DNA of 64,000 nucleotides from Candidatus Falkowbacteria bacterium RIFOXYD12_FULL_34_57 (lineage in GTDB: Bacteria; Patescibacteriota; Patescibacteriia; Patescibacteriales; UBA12075). Under the pieces are notes generated by a model. The model made no database searches, was not told the DNA's origin, and saw nothing but the letters and a program-made list of their open reading frames with translations. The DNA is taken from contig MFGN01000001.1 in the NCBI GenBank assembly GCA_001780285.1, positions 22 to 64,021 of the forward strand, in the 5' to 3' direction. Below, piece by piece: positions 8,240 through 17,040 of this stretch. The translations under genes were made by a program, and so were the position numbers. Position 1 is the stretch's first letter, and the number at the start of each line of letters is the position of its first letter.

Positions 8240-9103
8240 CTAACCTACTACCACCCTAGCTGGAATTATTACCTTACCCCTTAATTTATAACCGGGCTTT
8301 ACTTCTTTTATAACCACTTCTTTTTTCTCTTCTTTTTCTTCAATTTTCTTGTCATGATTTTCTTCTTTCCTGTTATTATCTTCAACGGCTTCCATGGTGT
8401 GGATATCAAATTTTTCGCCCATAGTTTTAATTTCCTCCACCCCCTCTTTTTCCAAAATATCTTTGAATTGTTTTAAAACATATTTTACCCCCTCAAACCA
8501 AGGATCGGTTATATTATTATTGTTGTGTTCTACAGATATCTTTAAATTTTCATAAACCGGTAAAATTTCTAGCAAAATTTGTTCATTACTGTATTTTATA
8601 AACTCCATCCTTTCTTCCGTGCTCCGTTTTACTAAATTTTGATAATCAGCCAGAGCGCGCTTATATCTGTGTTCAAAACTTTCGTTGTCCAATAAATATT
8701 TTTCTATAATCTCTCTGGTGAATTCTCCCAAATCTTTTTGCAGCCATTCTTCAGGTTTTAACCATCTATACTTAACCCCCTCATCACTCAACTTTATTTT
8801 ATCTGTTTTTCTTGCCCTGGCCTTATAATTTAAAAATATTAAATGCTTTTGATCTTTTTTATATTTCTCACCTAATTTCAAGCCCTCTGAAACACCCATA
8901 AATTCAATATTCTCAATTTTCATGTTTGTTTCTTCTCTAATTTCTCTTTCCACAGCATCCTTAATTTTTTCACCATATTCAATTTTTCCCCCCGGTACTG
9001 TATACTTATTTTCCCAACAAGGAGCCTTCATTAAAAATAGTTCATCTTTATCATTAAAAATAAAAACACCAACTACGACTCTGGGATATTTTTTTTCACT
9101 CAT
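8240..9103 (-). CDS. grpE: NUDIX hydrolase domain fused to nucleotide exchange factor GrpE
   Basis: Residues 1-140 carry a Nudix box (GGKIEYGEKIKDAVEREIREETNM). Residues about 141-287 carry GrpE motifs (YKRALADYQNLVKR, LLEILPVYENL, GEKFDIHTMEAV, GYKLRGKVIIPARVVV). Confidence 0.85.
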   Translation of the reverse strand: MSEKKYPRVVVGVFIFNDKDELFLMKAPCWENKYTVPGGKIEYGEKIKDAVEREIREETNMKIENIEFMGVSEGLKLGEKYKKDQKHLIFLNYKARARKTDKIKLSDEGVKYRWLKPEEWLQKDLGEFTREIIEKYLLDNESFEHRYKRALADYQNLVKRSTEERMEFIKYSNEQILLEILPVYENLKISVEHNNNNITDPWFEGVKYVLKQFKDILEKEGVEEIKTMGEKFDIHTMEAVEDNNRKEENHDKKIEEKEEKKEVVIKEVKPGYKLRGKVIIPARVVVG

Positions 9104-9123
9104 AATATATTCAATAACTTAAA

Positions 9124-9807
9124 TTAATTAGATATTTTTTTATTAATATATTTAATTAATGCGATATTTTTTTTATAATCCATTCTCATGGGACCCAAAA
9201 CACCAAACAGTCCAACATTATCTTCTGTTCTGTGTTTAGAAATAATCACGCTGCAAAAATTACCAAAAGGATTTTTGGAACCGATTAGGGTGTGAACACC
9301 TATATCAATCTCATCAAAAATACTATCAATCACTTCGTCCATGCGATCAATAACGGTGGATATGTCATGAATTAAGCTAAGCTCATTGAATTCTGGCTGT
9401 TGAAATAAGTTTGAAATTCCTGTATAGTATAAATTATTCCTATGAAATGCGCAAAATACGGCGCCGTCCGAAATTCTAGCTGTAACTTTTGCCGTTTCCT
9501 TGAGGCTTTGTTCGTCGGTATTTTGAAGTACGGAGCAAAAATGATCAGTAATCTGCTTGCTTAGCTTGGAATTTGAAAATTGTTCTAAGAACAAATTATA
9601 CGCTTTTTCGGTTGGAACCCTTCCGGCAGAAGTGTGTGGCTGTATAATATATCCCTCGGACTCCAGCCAGGCTAATTCGTTTCTAGCTGTCGCCGGCGAT
9701 ATATCCAGATTATATTTTTCAACCAAAACACCCGACCCCACCGGCGTGCCCGTCTTGATATGCTCTTGTATTAAAATTTTTAAAATCAATTCCTTTCTTG
9801 AATCCAT
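9124..9807 (-). CDS. hrcA: heat-inducible transcription repressor HrcA (short form, 227 aa)
   Basis: N-terminal wHTH with GTPVGSGVL, LDISPATARNELAWLESEGYIIQPHTSAGRVPTEKAY. The C-terminal region is about 110 aa shorter than in typical HrcA proteins. Confidence 0.85.
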   Translation of the reverse strand: MDSRKELILKILIQEHIKTGTPVGSGVLVEKYNLDISPATARNELAWLESEGYIIQPHTSAGRVPTEKAYNLFLEQFSNSKLSKQITDHFCSVLQNTDEQSLKETAKVTARISDGAVFCAFHRNNLYYTGISNLFQQPEFNELSLIHDISTVIDRMDEVIDSIFDEIDIGVHTLIGSKNPFGNFCSVIISKHRTEDNVGLFGVLGPMRMDYKKNIALIKYINKKISN

Positions 9808-9829
9808 ATAAAAATTTAAATGTATTTAT

Positions 9830-9859
9830 ATTATATATCTTTTGGCACTCAGGTGTCAA
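9830..9859 (-). promoter_or_regulatory. hrcA promoter TTGACA-N18-TATAAT
   Basis: The sense-strand TTGACA (plus 9854-9859) lies inside the CIRCE spacer. TATAAT is at plus 9830-9835. Confidence 0.65.
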
Positions 9860-9868
9860 GAGTGCTAA
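9842..9868. promoter_or_regulatory. CIRCE operator (TTGGCACTC-N9-GAGTGCTAA)
   Basis: One mismatch to the CIRCE consensus TTAGCACTC-N9-GAGTGCTAA. It lies between divergent hrcA and the 9908 ORF. Confidence 0.9.
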
Positions 9869-9907
9869 TAAATAAACAAAAAAACCCTAATTTTAAAGGA
9901 GTAAAAC

Positions 9908-10306
9908 ATGGTAGACACAAATCTCATGGACAGACTTTATGAAAAAATTAAAACTGAATTAAAAGGGCTTGAAGGCGAGGCTTTTGAGAAAAAAAAACGG
10001 GAAATTATTGAAGAATTTATTTCTCAATGTCCGGAAGATCAACAGGGGAAACTAAGAAAAAAACAAAAAGATTTTGACAAAAAAACACCGGAAGAAAAAT
10101 TAGCATACTTACAAGCAATGATTCCGAAACAAAAAGAAAAACAAAACGATGCTTTAAAAACTTTTAATGAGGCTGAAAATAAAATTCAAACAGTACTTGA
10201 AGCTATAAAAAATATAAACATAGATGATATGAAGATAGAAATAGATAAAGTGGAAAATATACTAAAGAATATCCAAAAAAACTTAGGTAAATTAGAAAAA
10301 AAATAA
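9908..10306 (+). CDS. hypothetical coiled-coil protein divergent from hrcA
   Basis: AAGGAG SD and a terminator at 10318-10341. The protein is Lys/Glu-rich and helical. A possible promoter TTGGCA-N18-TAATAA overlaps CIRCE. Confidence 0.6.
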   Translation: MVDTNLMDRLYEKIKTELKGLEGEAFEKKKREIIEEFISQCPEDQQGKLRKKQKDFDKKTPEEKLAYLQAMIPKQKEKQNDALKTFNEAENKIQTVLEAIKNINIDDMKIEIDKVENILKNIQKNLGKLEKK

Positions 10307-10317
10307 AAAAATAAAAA

Positions 10318-10341
10318 AGCAGAAAAGAATCTGCTTTTTTC
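10318..10341 (+). terminator. intrinsic terminator
   Basis: AGCAGA-AAAGAA-TCTGCT followed by TTTTTT. Confidence 0.7.
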
Positions 10342-10439
10342 TTTGACTTTTAATATGCTTTACTTTATTATTTAAATTAACGGTCATTAACCACCATGAA
10401 TTCTTGCATGCATTTACGGGAATAACGGGGTCACTTAAT

Positions 10440-11225
10440 ATGAAAAATAGTTATAAAAAAATAGCAGCAGAAGCCGCCAGAGAAGCCGGCGATAAATTAT
10501 TGTGGTATTTTGAAAGACTCAAAAAGGGTGATGTAATTTCTAAGGCAAAACACGACATTGTTACTCCAGCCGATCTGGCTTCAGAAAAAATAATTTTGCG
10601 CGCCATCAAAAAAAACTTTCCTAACCACAACATATTATCGGAAGAAGGCGGACAGCAAAAAAAGAAAAATTCTGAATACTTGTGGGTAGTAGACCCGTTA
10701 GACGGCACTACAAACTTTGCTATGGGCAATCCCCTATTCTCAATTTCTATCGGACTCTTTAAAAATAACGAGCCCATTCTGGGTGTAATTTATGTGCCGA
10801 TTTTAAACAATCTATACACAGCAAAAAAGGGAATTGGTGCTTTTTTGAATAATAAAAAAATTCAAGTGTCAAAAGAGGGAAAAATTTCCAACGCATTTCT
10901 CACCTTCTGTCACGGATCCCAAAGAAAAGACATAGAAAGAGCGACCAATATTCATAAAAAATTAAAACTTAAGGCTCGAGATATTAGACAAATCGGATCA
11001 GCGGCTATTGAATGCGCCTGGGTAGCCCAAGGAAAAGTAGAAGCAATAATTATCCCCGGGGTGCATGTTTGGGATATAGCGGCCGGCGCCTTGTTGGTTA
11101 GGGAGGCCGGGGGAAATGTAACAGACATCAATGGAAAAAATTGGAATATTTATAGTAACGGGATAATCGCCAGCAATAAAGCCATAAAAACAACTTTATC
11201 CAGGACAATTAAAAGTATTAAATAA
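10440..11225 (+). CDS. inositol monophosphatase-family phosphatase (SuhB/IMPase/FBPase-like), paralog 1
   Basis: WVVDPLDGTTNF metal-binding motif, EE at LSEEGG, and C-terminal WDIAAG. Start moved to MKNSYKK at 10440. Confidence 0.85.
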   Translation: MKNSYKKIAAEAAREAGDKLLWYFERLKKGDVISKAKHDIVTPADLASEKIILRAIKKNFPNHNILSEEGGQQKKKNSEYLWVVDPLDGTTNFAMGNPLFSISIGLFKNNEPILGVIYVPILNNLYTAKKGIGAFLNNKKIQVSKEGKISNAFLTFCHGSQRKDIERATNIHKKLKLKARDIRQIGSAAIECAWVAQGKVEAIIIPGVHVWDIAAGALLVREAGGNVTDINGKNWNIYSNGIIASNKAIKTTLSRTIKSIK

Positions 11226-11246
11226 AAAAACATTTTCATACAAGAA

Positions 11247-11268
11247 AAGCCAAAAAGGCTTTTTGAAG
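11247..11268 (+). terminator. weak intrinsic terminator after the IMPase gene
   Basis: AGCC-AAAAA-GGCT followed by TTTTT. Confidence 0.4.
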
Positions 11269-11430
11269 TCTCCGCCCAAAGCGGACACAGCACCTTTCCA
11301 TGTCCGCCTCAGGTGTGGGCGTAATGAATAATGGAATAATAGTAAAAAATAATCCACCTTCGAGAGATCCCCCACAAGATGAAGCCATATAACAGATATG
11401 GGATTAAGGGGAAAATTCCTATAGAATAAA
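11265..11430. ncRNA. candidate structured RNA / structured 3' UTR (unclassified)
   Basis: A locally GC-enriched island between two terminators. It contains the nested hairpin CGCCCA-AA-GCGGAC...GTCCGC...TGGGCG (11273-11321) plus CCATAT-AACAG-ATATGG. There is no convincing ORF and no family assignment. Confidence 0.25.
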
Positions 11431-11460
11431 AAAGACTTAAATTTTTTAAGTCTTTTGTTT
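11427..11460. terminator. bidirectional intrinsic terminator
   Basis: AAGACTTAA-ATTTT-TTAAGTCTT flanked by an A-tract and TTTTGTTTT. Confidence 0.7.
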
Positions 11461-11466
11461 TATTTT

Positions 11467-11679
11467 CTAATTATATTCCATATCACTATCTTCTTTTACT
11501 TCTATCTTTCCATGGTCTATAAATTTAATCTGTTCAATTGATACCAAGCAGCGAATATAAATATCTGTTTTTCCAAATGATTTTACAGCCCAAGTATTGT
11601 AACCAGAACATGCCTCTTTTTTTATAAATTTCTCAAAATCTTTTTCCTCAAACCAAACCTCTACCATTCTTTCAGACAT
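11467..11679 (-). CDS. hypothetical small protein (70 aa)
   Basis: Strong SD (AAGGGGGGA) 5 nt upstream and a terminator downstream. No recognisable motif. Confidence 0.5.
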   Translation of the reverse strand: MSERMVEVWFEEKDFEKFIKKEACSGYNTWAVKSFGKTDIYIRCLVSIEQIKFIDHGKIEVKEDSDMEYN

Positions 11680-11765
11680 ATTATCCCCCCTTGTTTTAAT
11701 TTATAGGTTAAATATATAAAAAGACTACAACAATCAATAAAATAAGTCAAAGTTTCGTCAATAAA

Positions 11766-11794
11766 TTGACTTTCGGTTTTTGTTCGTGTATAAT
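11766..11794 (+). promoter_or_regulatory. consensus-like promoter TTGACT-N17-TATAAT upstream of recQ
   Basis: Read directly from the sequence, about 95 nt upstream of the recQ ATG. Confidence 0.6.
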
Positions 11795-11888
11795 TTAAAA
11801 CATATGTGAATAACCTAAAAATTATTGTTAAACTTGCCATAAAAAGATATAATGCAATTATGTTGAAAGTTTAAAAAAAGCAAAAAAC

Positions 11889-14048
11889 ATGAAGAAACTT
11901 CTTAAAAAATATTTCGGATATGATCAATTTCGTCCCCTACAGGAAGAAATTATTAATAATGTTGTTAATAAAAAAGATACCTTTGTACTCATGCCGACCG
12001 GCGGTGGGAAATCTCTCTGTTTTCAGCTTCCCGCACTCAAGTTTTCCGGTATTACACTGGTTATCTCTCCCTTAATAGCTCTCATGAAAGATCAGGTTGA
12101 TAATTTAAAAAAGAACGGTATTTCTGCCGACTTTCTGAATTCCACACAGAGTGAAAAAGAACAAAATGAAATCGGGCAAAAATTAAAAAATAACGAAACT
12201 AAATTGTTATATGTAGCACCAGAGAGACTGGCACTTCCTGGATTTCAAGAATTCTTAAAAACTTTAAATATTAACCTAATCGCCATTGATGAAGCCCATT
12301 GTATATCCGAGTGGGGTCATGATTTTCGTCCAGATTACAGAAATCTAAAAATACTCAAAAATATTTTTCCGGGCACTCCGATTATTGCCCTTACTGCCAC
12401 AGCAACACCAAGAGTACAGGAAGATATTGTTGGTCAACTATCCCTGCAAAAAGCCAAAATATTTATTTCCAGCTTCAATCGGGAAAATTTAAATATTTCT
12501 ATAATCAACAAAGAAAAAGCTTTTAACAAACTTACTAATTTACTTGCGGAATATAAAAATAAGTCCGTAATTATTTATTGTTTTAGCCGCAATGATACTG
12601 AAAAAATAACAGAAAAATTAAATAAACTTGGATTCAATGCGCTTCCCTATCACGCCGGACTAAACGCAGAAATACGCAAAAAAAATCAAAACATGTTCAT
12701 TAAGGATAGCATAAATATTATGGTAGCAACCATCGCTTTTGGTATGGGCATTGATAAGCCCGATGTCCGGCTGGTGGTGCACTACACCTTTCCCAAAACA
12801 CTGGAAAGTTATTACCAAGAAATTGGCCGTGCCGGACGAGACAATCTGCCCAGTGAGTGCGTGATGTTCTATACTTATGCTGATACGCGCAAGCATGAAT
12901 TTTTTATCGGTCAAATCAATGATAAAAAAATGCGCGAAACCGCGCAAAATAAATTAAATGAGGTGCTCGAATTTGCCGAAGGCAATGTCTGCCGCAAAAA
13001 ACATCTACTTAAGTACTTCGGTGAAGAACTGCATGAAAATTGCAACACCTGTGATGCGTGCTTGACTGACGAAGAAAAATTTGATGCTACCGTAATTGCC
13101 CAAAAAATAATTTCTGCTATCCTGCGCACAGAGGAACGATTTGGAAAAAATCATATTATTGATGTCTTACTTGGTAAGAATACCCAACAGATTAGGAGAT
13201 ATGGGCATGATAAAATAAGCGTATTCGGGATTGTTAATAACATAAACAAGGATAAATTAGCTCAAATCATCAAATCCCTTCTGGATCTAAACCTGATTCA
13301 AAAAAGCACCGGACAATACCCCACCATCTCTATTACCAATAAAGGAAAATTATTTATTAAAAATAAAGAAAAGTTAGAATTGAACAAACCGCGCCAAGAT
13401 AAGTTTAGCGACAAAAAATTAAGTATAGAGGTTGAATACGATACTGCCCTTTTTGAAAAACTAAGAGTAATACGCAAACATATTGCAGAACGGGAAAACA
13501 TACCGCCATTTATGATCTTTGGTGATAAAACTCTGCATCAAATGGCGCACTGCCTCCCTGCTGAAAAAAATACTTTTTCTAGTCTTTATGGTGTAGGTGA
13601 ACTAAAACTACAAAAATATTCTGATATTTTTATCAAAGAAATTAAAAAATATATAAAGGAAAATAATATAAATATTAAAAAAATACAAAACTCTCAAAAA
13701 ATGAATCGCCAATTGCACGATGTAAATAATGTCGTCAATCAAAAGTACTACCAAACAACAATAGAACTCTTACAAAAGAAAACTAATTTAAAGAATATCG
13801 CCAAACATCAGAATCTAAAAGTAAGCACCATTGTAAATCATATCGAAAAAATAATAGACGATGAAATAAATATTGATCTGGAATATCTTAAACTTCCCCG
13901 CGATAGATTTGAATCTATAAAAAAAGCCTTCACAACCTGCGAAGACGAAAAACTAAAACCAGTATTTGAACTATTAGACGGCAAATACGATTATGATGAA
14001 ATCCGATTGGTTCGCGCCCTACTTAACACACAAATCACCTCCCAATAA
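11889..14048 (+). CDS. recQ: ATP-dependent DNA helicase RecQ (helicase + RQC zinc/WH + HRDC + extra C-terminal HTH-like domain)
   Basis: Motifs PTGGGKSLCFQLPA, DEAHCISEWGHDFRPDY and a Cys4 cluster CRKK...CNTCDAC. An HRDC-like segment is followed by about 100 extra residues. Confidence 0.95.
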   Translation: MKKLLKKYFGYDQFRPLQEEIINNVVNKKDTFVLMPTGGGKSLCFQLPALKFSGITLVISPLIALMKDQVDNLKKNGISADFLNSTQSEKEQNEIGQKLKNNETKLLYVAPERLALPGFQEFLKTLNINLIAIDEAHCISEWGHDFRPDYRNLKILKNIFPGTPIIALTATATPRVQEDIVGQLSLQKAKIFISSFNRENLNISIINKEKAFNKLTNLLAEYKNKSVIIYCFSRNDTEKITEKLNKLGFNALPYHAGLNAEIRKKNQNMFIKDSINIMVATIAFGMGIDKPDVRLVVHYTFPKTLESYYQEIGRAGRDNLPSECVMFYTYADTRKHEFFIGQINDKKMRETAQNKLNEVLEFAEGNVCRKKHLLKYFGEELHENCNTCDACLTDEEKFDATVIAQKIISAILRTEERFGKNHIIDVLLGKNTQQIRRYGHDKISVFGIVNNINKDKLAQIIKSLLDLNLIQKSTGQYPTISITNKGKLFIKNKEKLELNKPRQDKFSDKKLSIEVEYDTALFEKLRVIRKHIAERENIPPFMIFGDKTLHQMAHCLPAEKNTFSSLYGVGELKLQKYSDIFIKEIKKYIKENNINIKKIQNSQKMNRQLHDVNNVVNQKYYQTTIELLQKKTNLKNIAKHQNLKVSTIVNHIEKIIDDEINIDLEYLKLPRDRFESIKKAFTTCEDEKLKPVFELLDGKYDYDEIRLVRALLNTQITSQ

Positions 14049-14778
14049 TCACCACAAACTCCCCCCGTTGCTCGTCTTTATTATTCTTAATTTTCTCGAT
14101 TATTTCTTCCAAATCACCTCGATAAACCGTCTCATGCATCTTGGATATTTCCCGGCAAACCACCACCGAAGTTACCGGAATTCTTTTTTCAGTTTTATCT
14201 TTATAATTTCCCCTTTCTTCCTGTTTCTCATTTTCTTTTTCAATTTTTCTATTAGCCTCATTTATCTCCTCTAGAAATTTTATAATTCTATGCTTTGACT
14301 CATAAACCACAACAGGATAAACACTATCTATTATTTTATTTATAAAAGTTTGTCTACCCTTTTTATGCGGCGGAAAACCCATAAAAACAAATTTATCCGT
14401 GGGTATCCCGGAAATAGACAAAGCGGCGGCTACCGCCGATGGACCGGGTACCGACTCAATCTTCACTTCACCATCAAACCTCTCCAACACCGCCTGCACT
14501 AATTTTCCGCCAGGATCGGATATTCCCGGCGTACCGGCATCCGATACCAGCCCCAAATCCTTTCCCTGCTTCAATAAACCCAGAATATAATCAATTTTTT
14601 TAATATCTGAATGCTGATGATAAGAAATGGTTGGGGTGTGAATATTATAATGATTTAAAAGTTTTTGAGTAACACGCGTATCTTCACATAAAATAAAATC
14701 AACTTCGCTTAAAATGCGAAGCGCCCTGAGGGATATATCTTCCAAATTTCCTATTGGGGTTGCGATGATATACAGCAT
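14035..14778 (-). CDS. rsmI: 16S rRNA (cytidine1402-2'-O)-methyltransferase RsmI
   Basis: LYIIATPIGNLEDISLRALRIL...ILCEDTR signature of the tetrapyrrole-methylase-fold RsmI. There is a 14-nt convergent overlap with recQ. Confidence 0.9.
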   Translation of the reverse strand: MLYIIATPIGNLEDISLRALRILSEVDFILCEDTRVTQKLLNHYNIHTPTISYHQHSDIKKIDYILGLLKQGKDLGLVSDAGTPGISDPGGKLVQAVLERFDGEVKIESVPGPSAVAAALSISGIPTDKFVFMGFPPHKKGRQTFINKIIDSVYPVVVYESKHRIIKFLEEINEANRKIEKENEKQEERGNYKDKTEKRIPVTSVVVCREISKMHETVYRGDLEEIIEKIKNNKDEQRGEFVVIIGR

Positions 14779-14780
14779 AA

Positions 14781-14808
14781 ACTAAAAGTTAAAAGTGAAA
14801 AACTAAAA
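14781..14808. repeat. 7-bp-periodic A-tract leader repeat (ACTAAAA GTTAAAA GTGAAAA ACTAAAA)
   Basis: Begins 3 nt upstream of the rsmI ATG. It is T-rich on the sense strand. Confidence 0.7.
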
Positions 14809-14901
14809 ATAATAACTCAAAGTTCAAAACTTTTTATACAACTATTTTTGTTAATTTTAATTTTTAACTGTTGTTTTGGTTTTTCGTTCTTAATTTTTGG
14901 C

Positions 14902-16572
14902 TTAAATCTCATCTTTCCTCTCCCTAACATATTTAGTCCATTCTTCAGCTACTGTTATAAATATCTTAAAAGGGGCTTCAATGATGACATCCATTATAAA
15001 AACAAAGACATTTATTTTGGAAAATTTTTCAGAAAGCCATTTTCCTGCTTCAATAATCGGAACATAAAAAAAGTCTATTAAGAGGGTTAAAAATTTTTCC
15101 TTAGATTCTAAAACCATTAATTCACGCGCTCCCTTGCGAATACGAATACTGAAAAAACTAACAAAGGCCAAAAAGAATAAAAATATCACCATACTTACCC
15201 AGCTAAAATTTATTTTGTCTAATGCCCAAATTATGGCACCAAAAGATAAAAAGAAGGTCACAGCATAAATTAAACCAAAAATAGTATGAAGCACAGCACT
15301 TCTTTTGGCTGGTTTGCGAAGTTTATGCTTTATTTCTTCTTGTTTTTCTAAAAATATCACACCTTCTATTCCACTCACCACCTTAACGGAATTATCATCT
15401 GATGGAAATTTTGTAAAAAGTACAACAAAAAACAAAAGAATGGCCGGAAAGGCAATGTTAATTAAAAGAGAGAAAGCATTCAATTCTTCTCCAAGCCATT
15501 TATTAGCCGGCACCTCCAGGGCAATCGCGAAAACCGATTTAGTAATAAAAATATAAATGATACTCCTGATAGCCGCTCTCCATAATTTTTTCCTAACTTC
15601 TCCATACTTTTTCTTGCAAACCTTTTTTATGGATCTATCCAGGGCCTTTGGATCATTTTTAAAACTGGTATATACATCTTCTGGGTTTTCCTCTATGGCA
15701 TCAACAAGCATGGAAAAGAAAACAGTATAACGACTAATAATACGATTTAACTGTCCAGCTAATGGATGATTAATTTGTTCTTGAATTTTATCTTTTAAGT
15801 CTATAATATTTTTTGCCACACTCTCTACAGCTCTTTCATCACACCCGCTCCAGCCGCGATTATAATATTTAAAAAGAATGTGACTCATCATACCTTGGTC
15901 AAATTTCAAAAAATTTCTATAAATACCGATAAATATCTGAATCTTTCGATCATCTTCATATGGTGAATTTTTTGGTAAAGTAATGCCGCCAGCCAAAAGC
16001 TCAAACATGTAATCAACCACCGTTAAGTCCACTCTGCTTCTTCCTAAATTTTCTTCTATATCACTGGCAAGAAGTGCAATAATCCATTTAACAATTTCAT
16101 TTTTTTCGTTAATTTTTAAATCCTTAAATTCTATTAAAAAATATTTCTTTAAAATTAAATATTTATTAATTATTTTACTAATTTCATTAATCTTGGATTC
16201 CGGTATTTTATTATTCGGTAAATATGCAGCGCTGATTAATTCAGTAATCAGGTGCTTAGATATTTCGGGAATATTTAATTCCTTGGATATTACCTCAGTA
16301 ATCTTTCCTTCTATTACAATTTGTCTTCTTAGAATACGTTCAATGGCATTTTTGCGAAGCAGATACTCTTCTTCATAATCAACCATATTGCGAATTTTTT
16401 CATAATAAAAAGACATTTTGGAAACTAGTTCCGAAACTTTAATTTTTGGTATTTCATCATCATCTTTTTCCTCTTGATTCTGTTCGTGATAAATGACCTG
16501 AAAAAGCCTTTTAGCATTTTCAGAAAGAGTGAGTGACTGATTTGATTTTCTTGAAAGAGTGGGGCTGGGCAT
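14902..16572 (-). CDS. hypothetical multi-pass membrane protein (about 330-aa soluble N-domain + about 6 TM)
   Basis: Long intact ORF with hydrophobic segments from residue about 335 onward. No motif I can assign. Confidence 0.7.
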   Translation of the reverse strand: MPSPTLSRKSNQSLTLSENAKRLFQVIYHEQNQEEKDDDEIPKIKVSELVSKMSFYYEKIRNMVDYEEEYLLRKNAIERILRRQIVIEGKITEVISKELNIPEISKHLITELISAAYLPNNKIPESKINEISKIINKYLILKKYFLIEFKDLKINEKNEIVKWIIALLASDIEENLGRSRVDLTVVDYMFELLAGGITLPKNSPYEDDRKIQIFIGIYRNFLKFDQGMMSHILFKYYNRGWSGCDERAVESVAKNIIDLKDKIQEQINHPLAGQLNRIISRYTVFFSMLVDAIEENPEDVYTSFKNDPKALDRSIKKVCKKKYGEVRKKLWRAAIRSIIYIFITKSVFAIALEVPANKWLGEELNAFSLLINIAFPAILLFFVVLFTKFPSDDNSVKVVSGIEGVIFLEKQEEIKHKLRKPAKRSAVLHTIFGLIYAVTFFLSFGAIIWALDKINFSWVSMVIFLFFLAFVSFFSIRIRKGARELMVLESKEKFLTLLIDFFYVPIIEAGKWLSEKFSKINVFVFIMDVIIEAPFKIFITVAEEWTKYVRERKDEI

Positions 16573-16620
16573 ATGTTTTGGTTGGGGAAGTTTATAAAAT
16601 CTGGAGTCGCTTTACGACAT

Positions 16621-16932
16621 TTATTCATCTTCCGTTACTACTTTTATTTTGGTTTTGCGATAAATCCTTTGTACGGGTTGCTGTTTTTCTTCTGATTCCT
16701 CATGATGTTGGCGATTATGTTCTCCGTGTTCATATTCATGCTGTTTTTTATTGTCCCATTCTTCCTCAACTCCTTCCGCACCAGCACCATGAAAACTAGT
16801 TTCAATTACCTCGTGAATCTCTTTTCTATAAGCTGTATACTCAAGAGCTTTTCGCACCTTTATCAACTCCATTAAAATTGAACCGCTTACAAATAAGGCG
16901 GCGGCTACGCTAATCATTATAAATAGTGTCAT
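16621..16932 (-). CDS. hypothetical small membrane protein with His/Glu-rich tail
   Basis: N-terminal TM segment LFIMISVAAALFVSGSILM and the tail HEYEHGEHNRQHHEESEE. Confidence 0.5.
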   Translation of the reverse strand: MTLFIMISVAAALFVSGSILMELIKVRKALEYTAYRKEIHEVIETSFHGAGAEGVEEEWDNKKQHEYEHGEHNRQHHEESEEKQQPVQRIYRKTKIKVVTEDE

Positions 16933-17040
16933 ATTTATTTAATTAAATTTTTAATTTTATAAATAATTTTCTAATTTCTGATTTTTAAAAATTTTAATTT
17001 GTGATTATTCAAAAATTAAAAAATTACATACTTAATTATA

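Noticed and set aside
11273-11321. Possible small SRP (4.5S) RNA on the minus strand, because of a GGAA loop and GGUGCUG string.
   Set aside because: The conserved domain IV motifs (AGGUCCGGAAGGAAGCAGCC-type symmetric/asymmetric loops with AGCA) are not present, and the helix geometry does not fit. It is kept only as an unclassified structured-RNA candidate.
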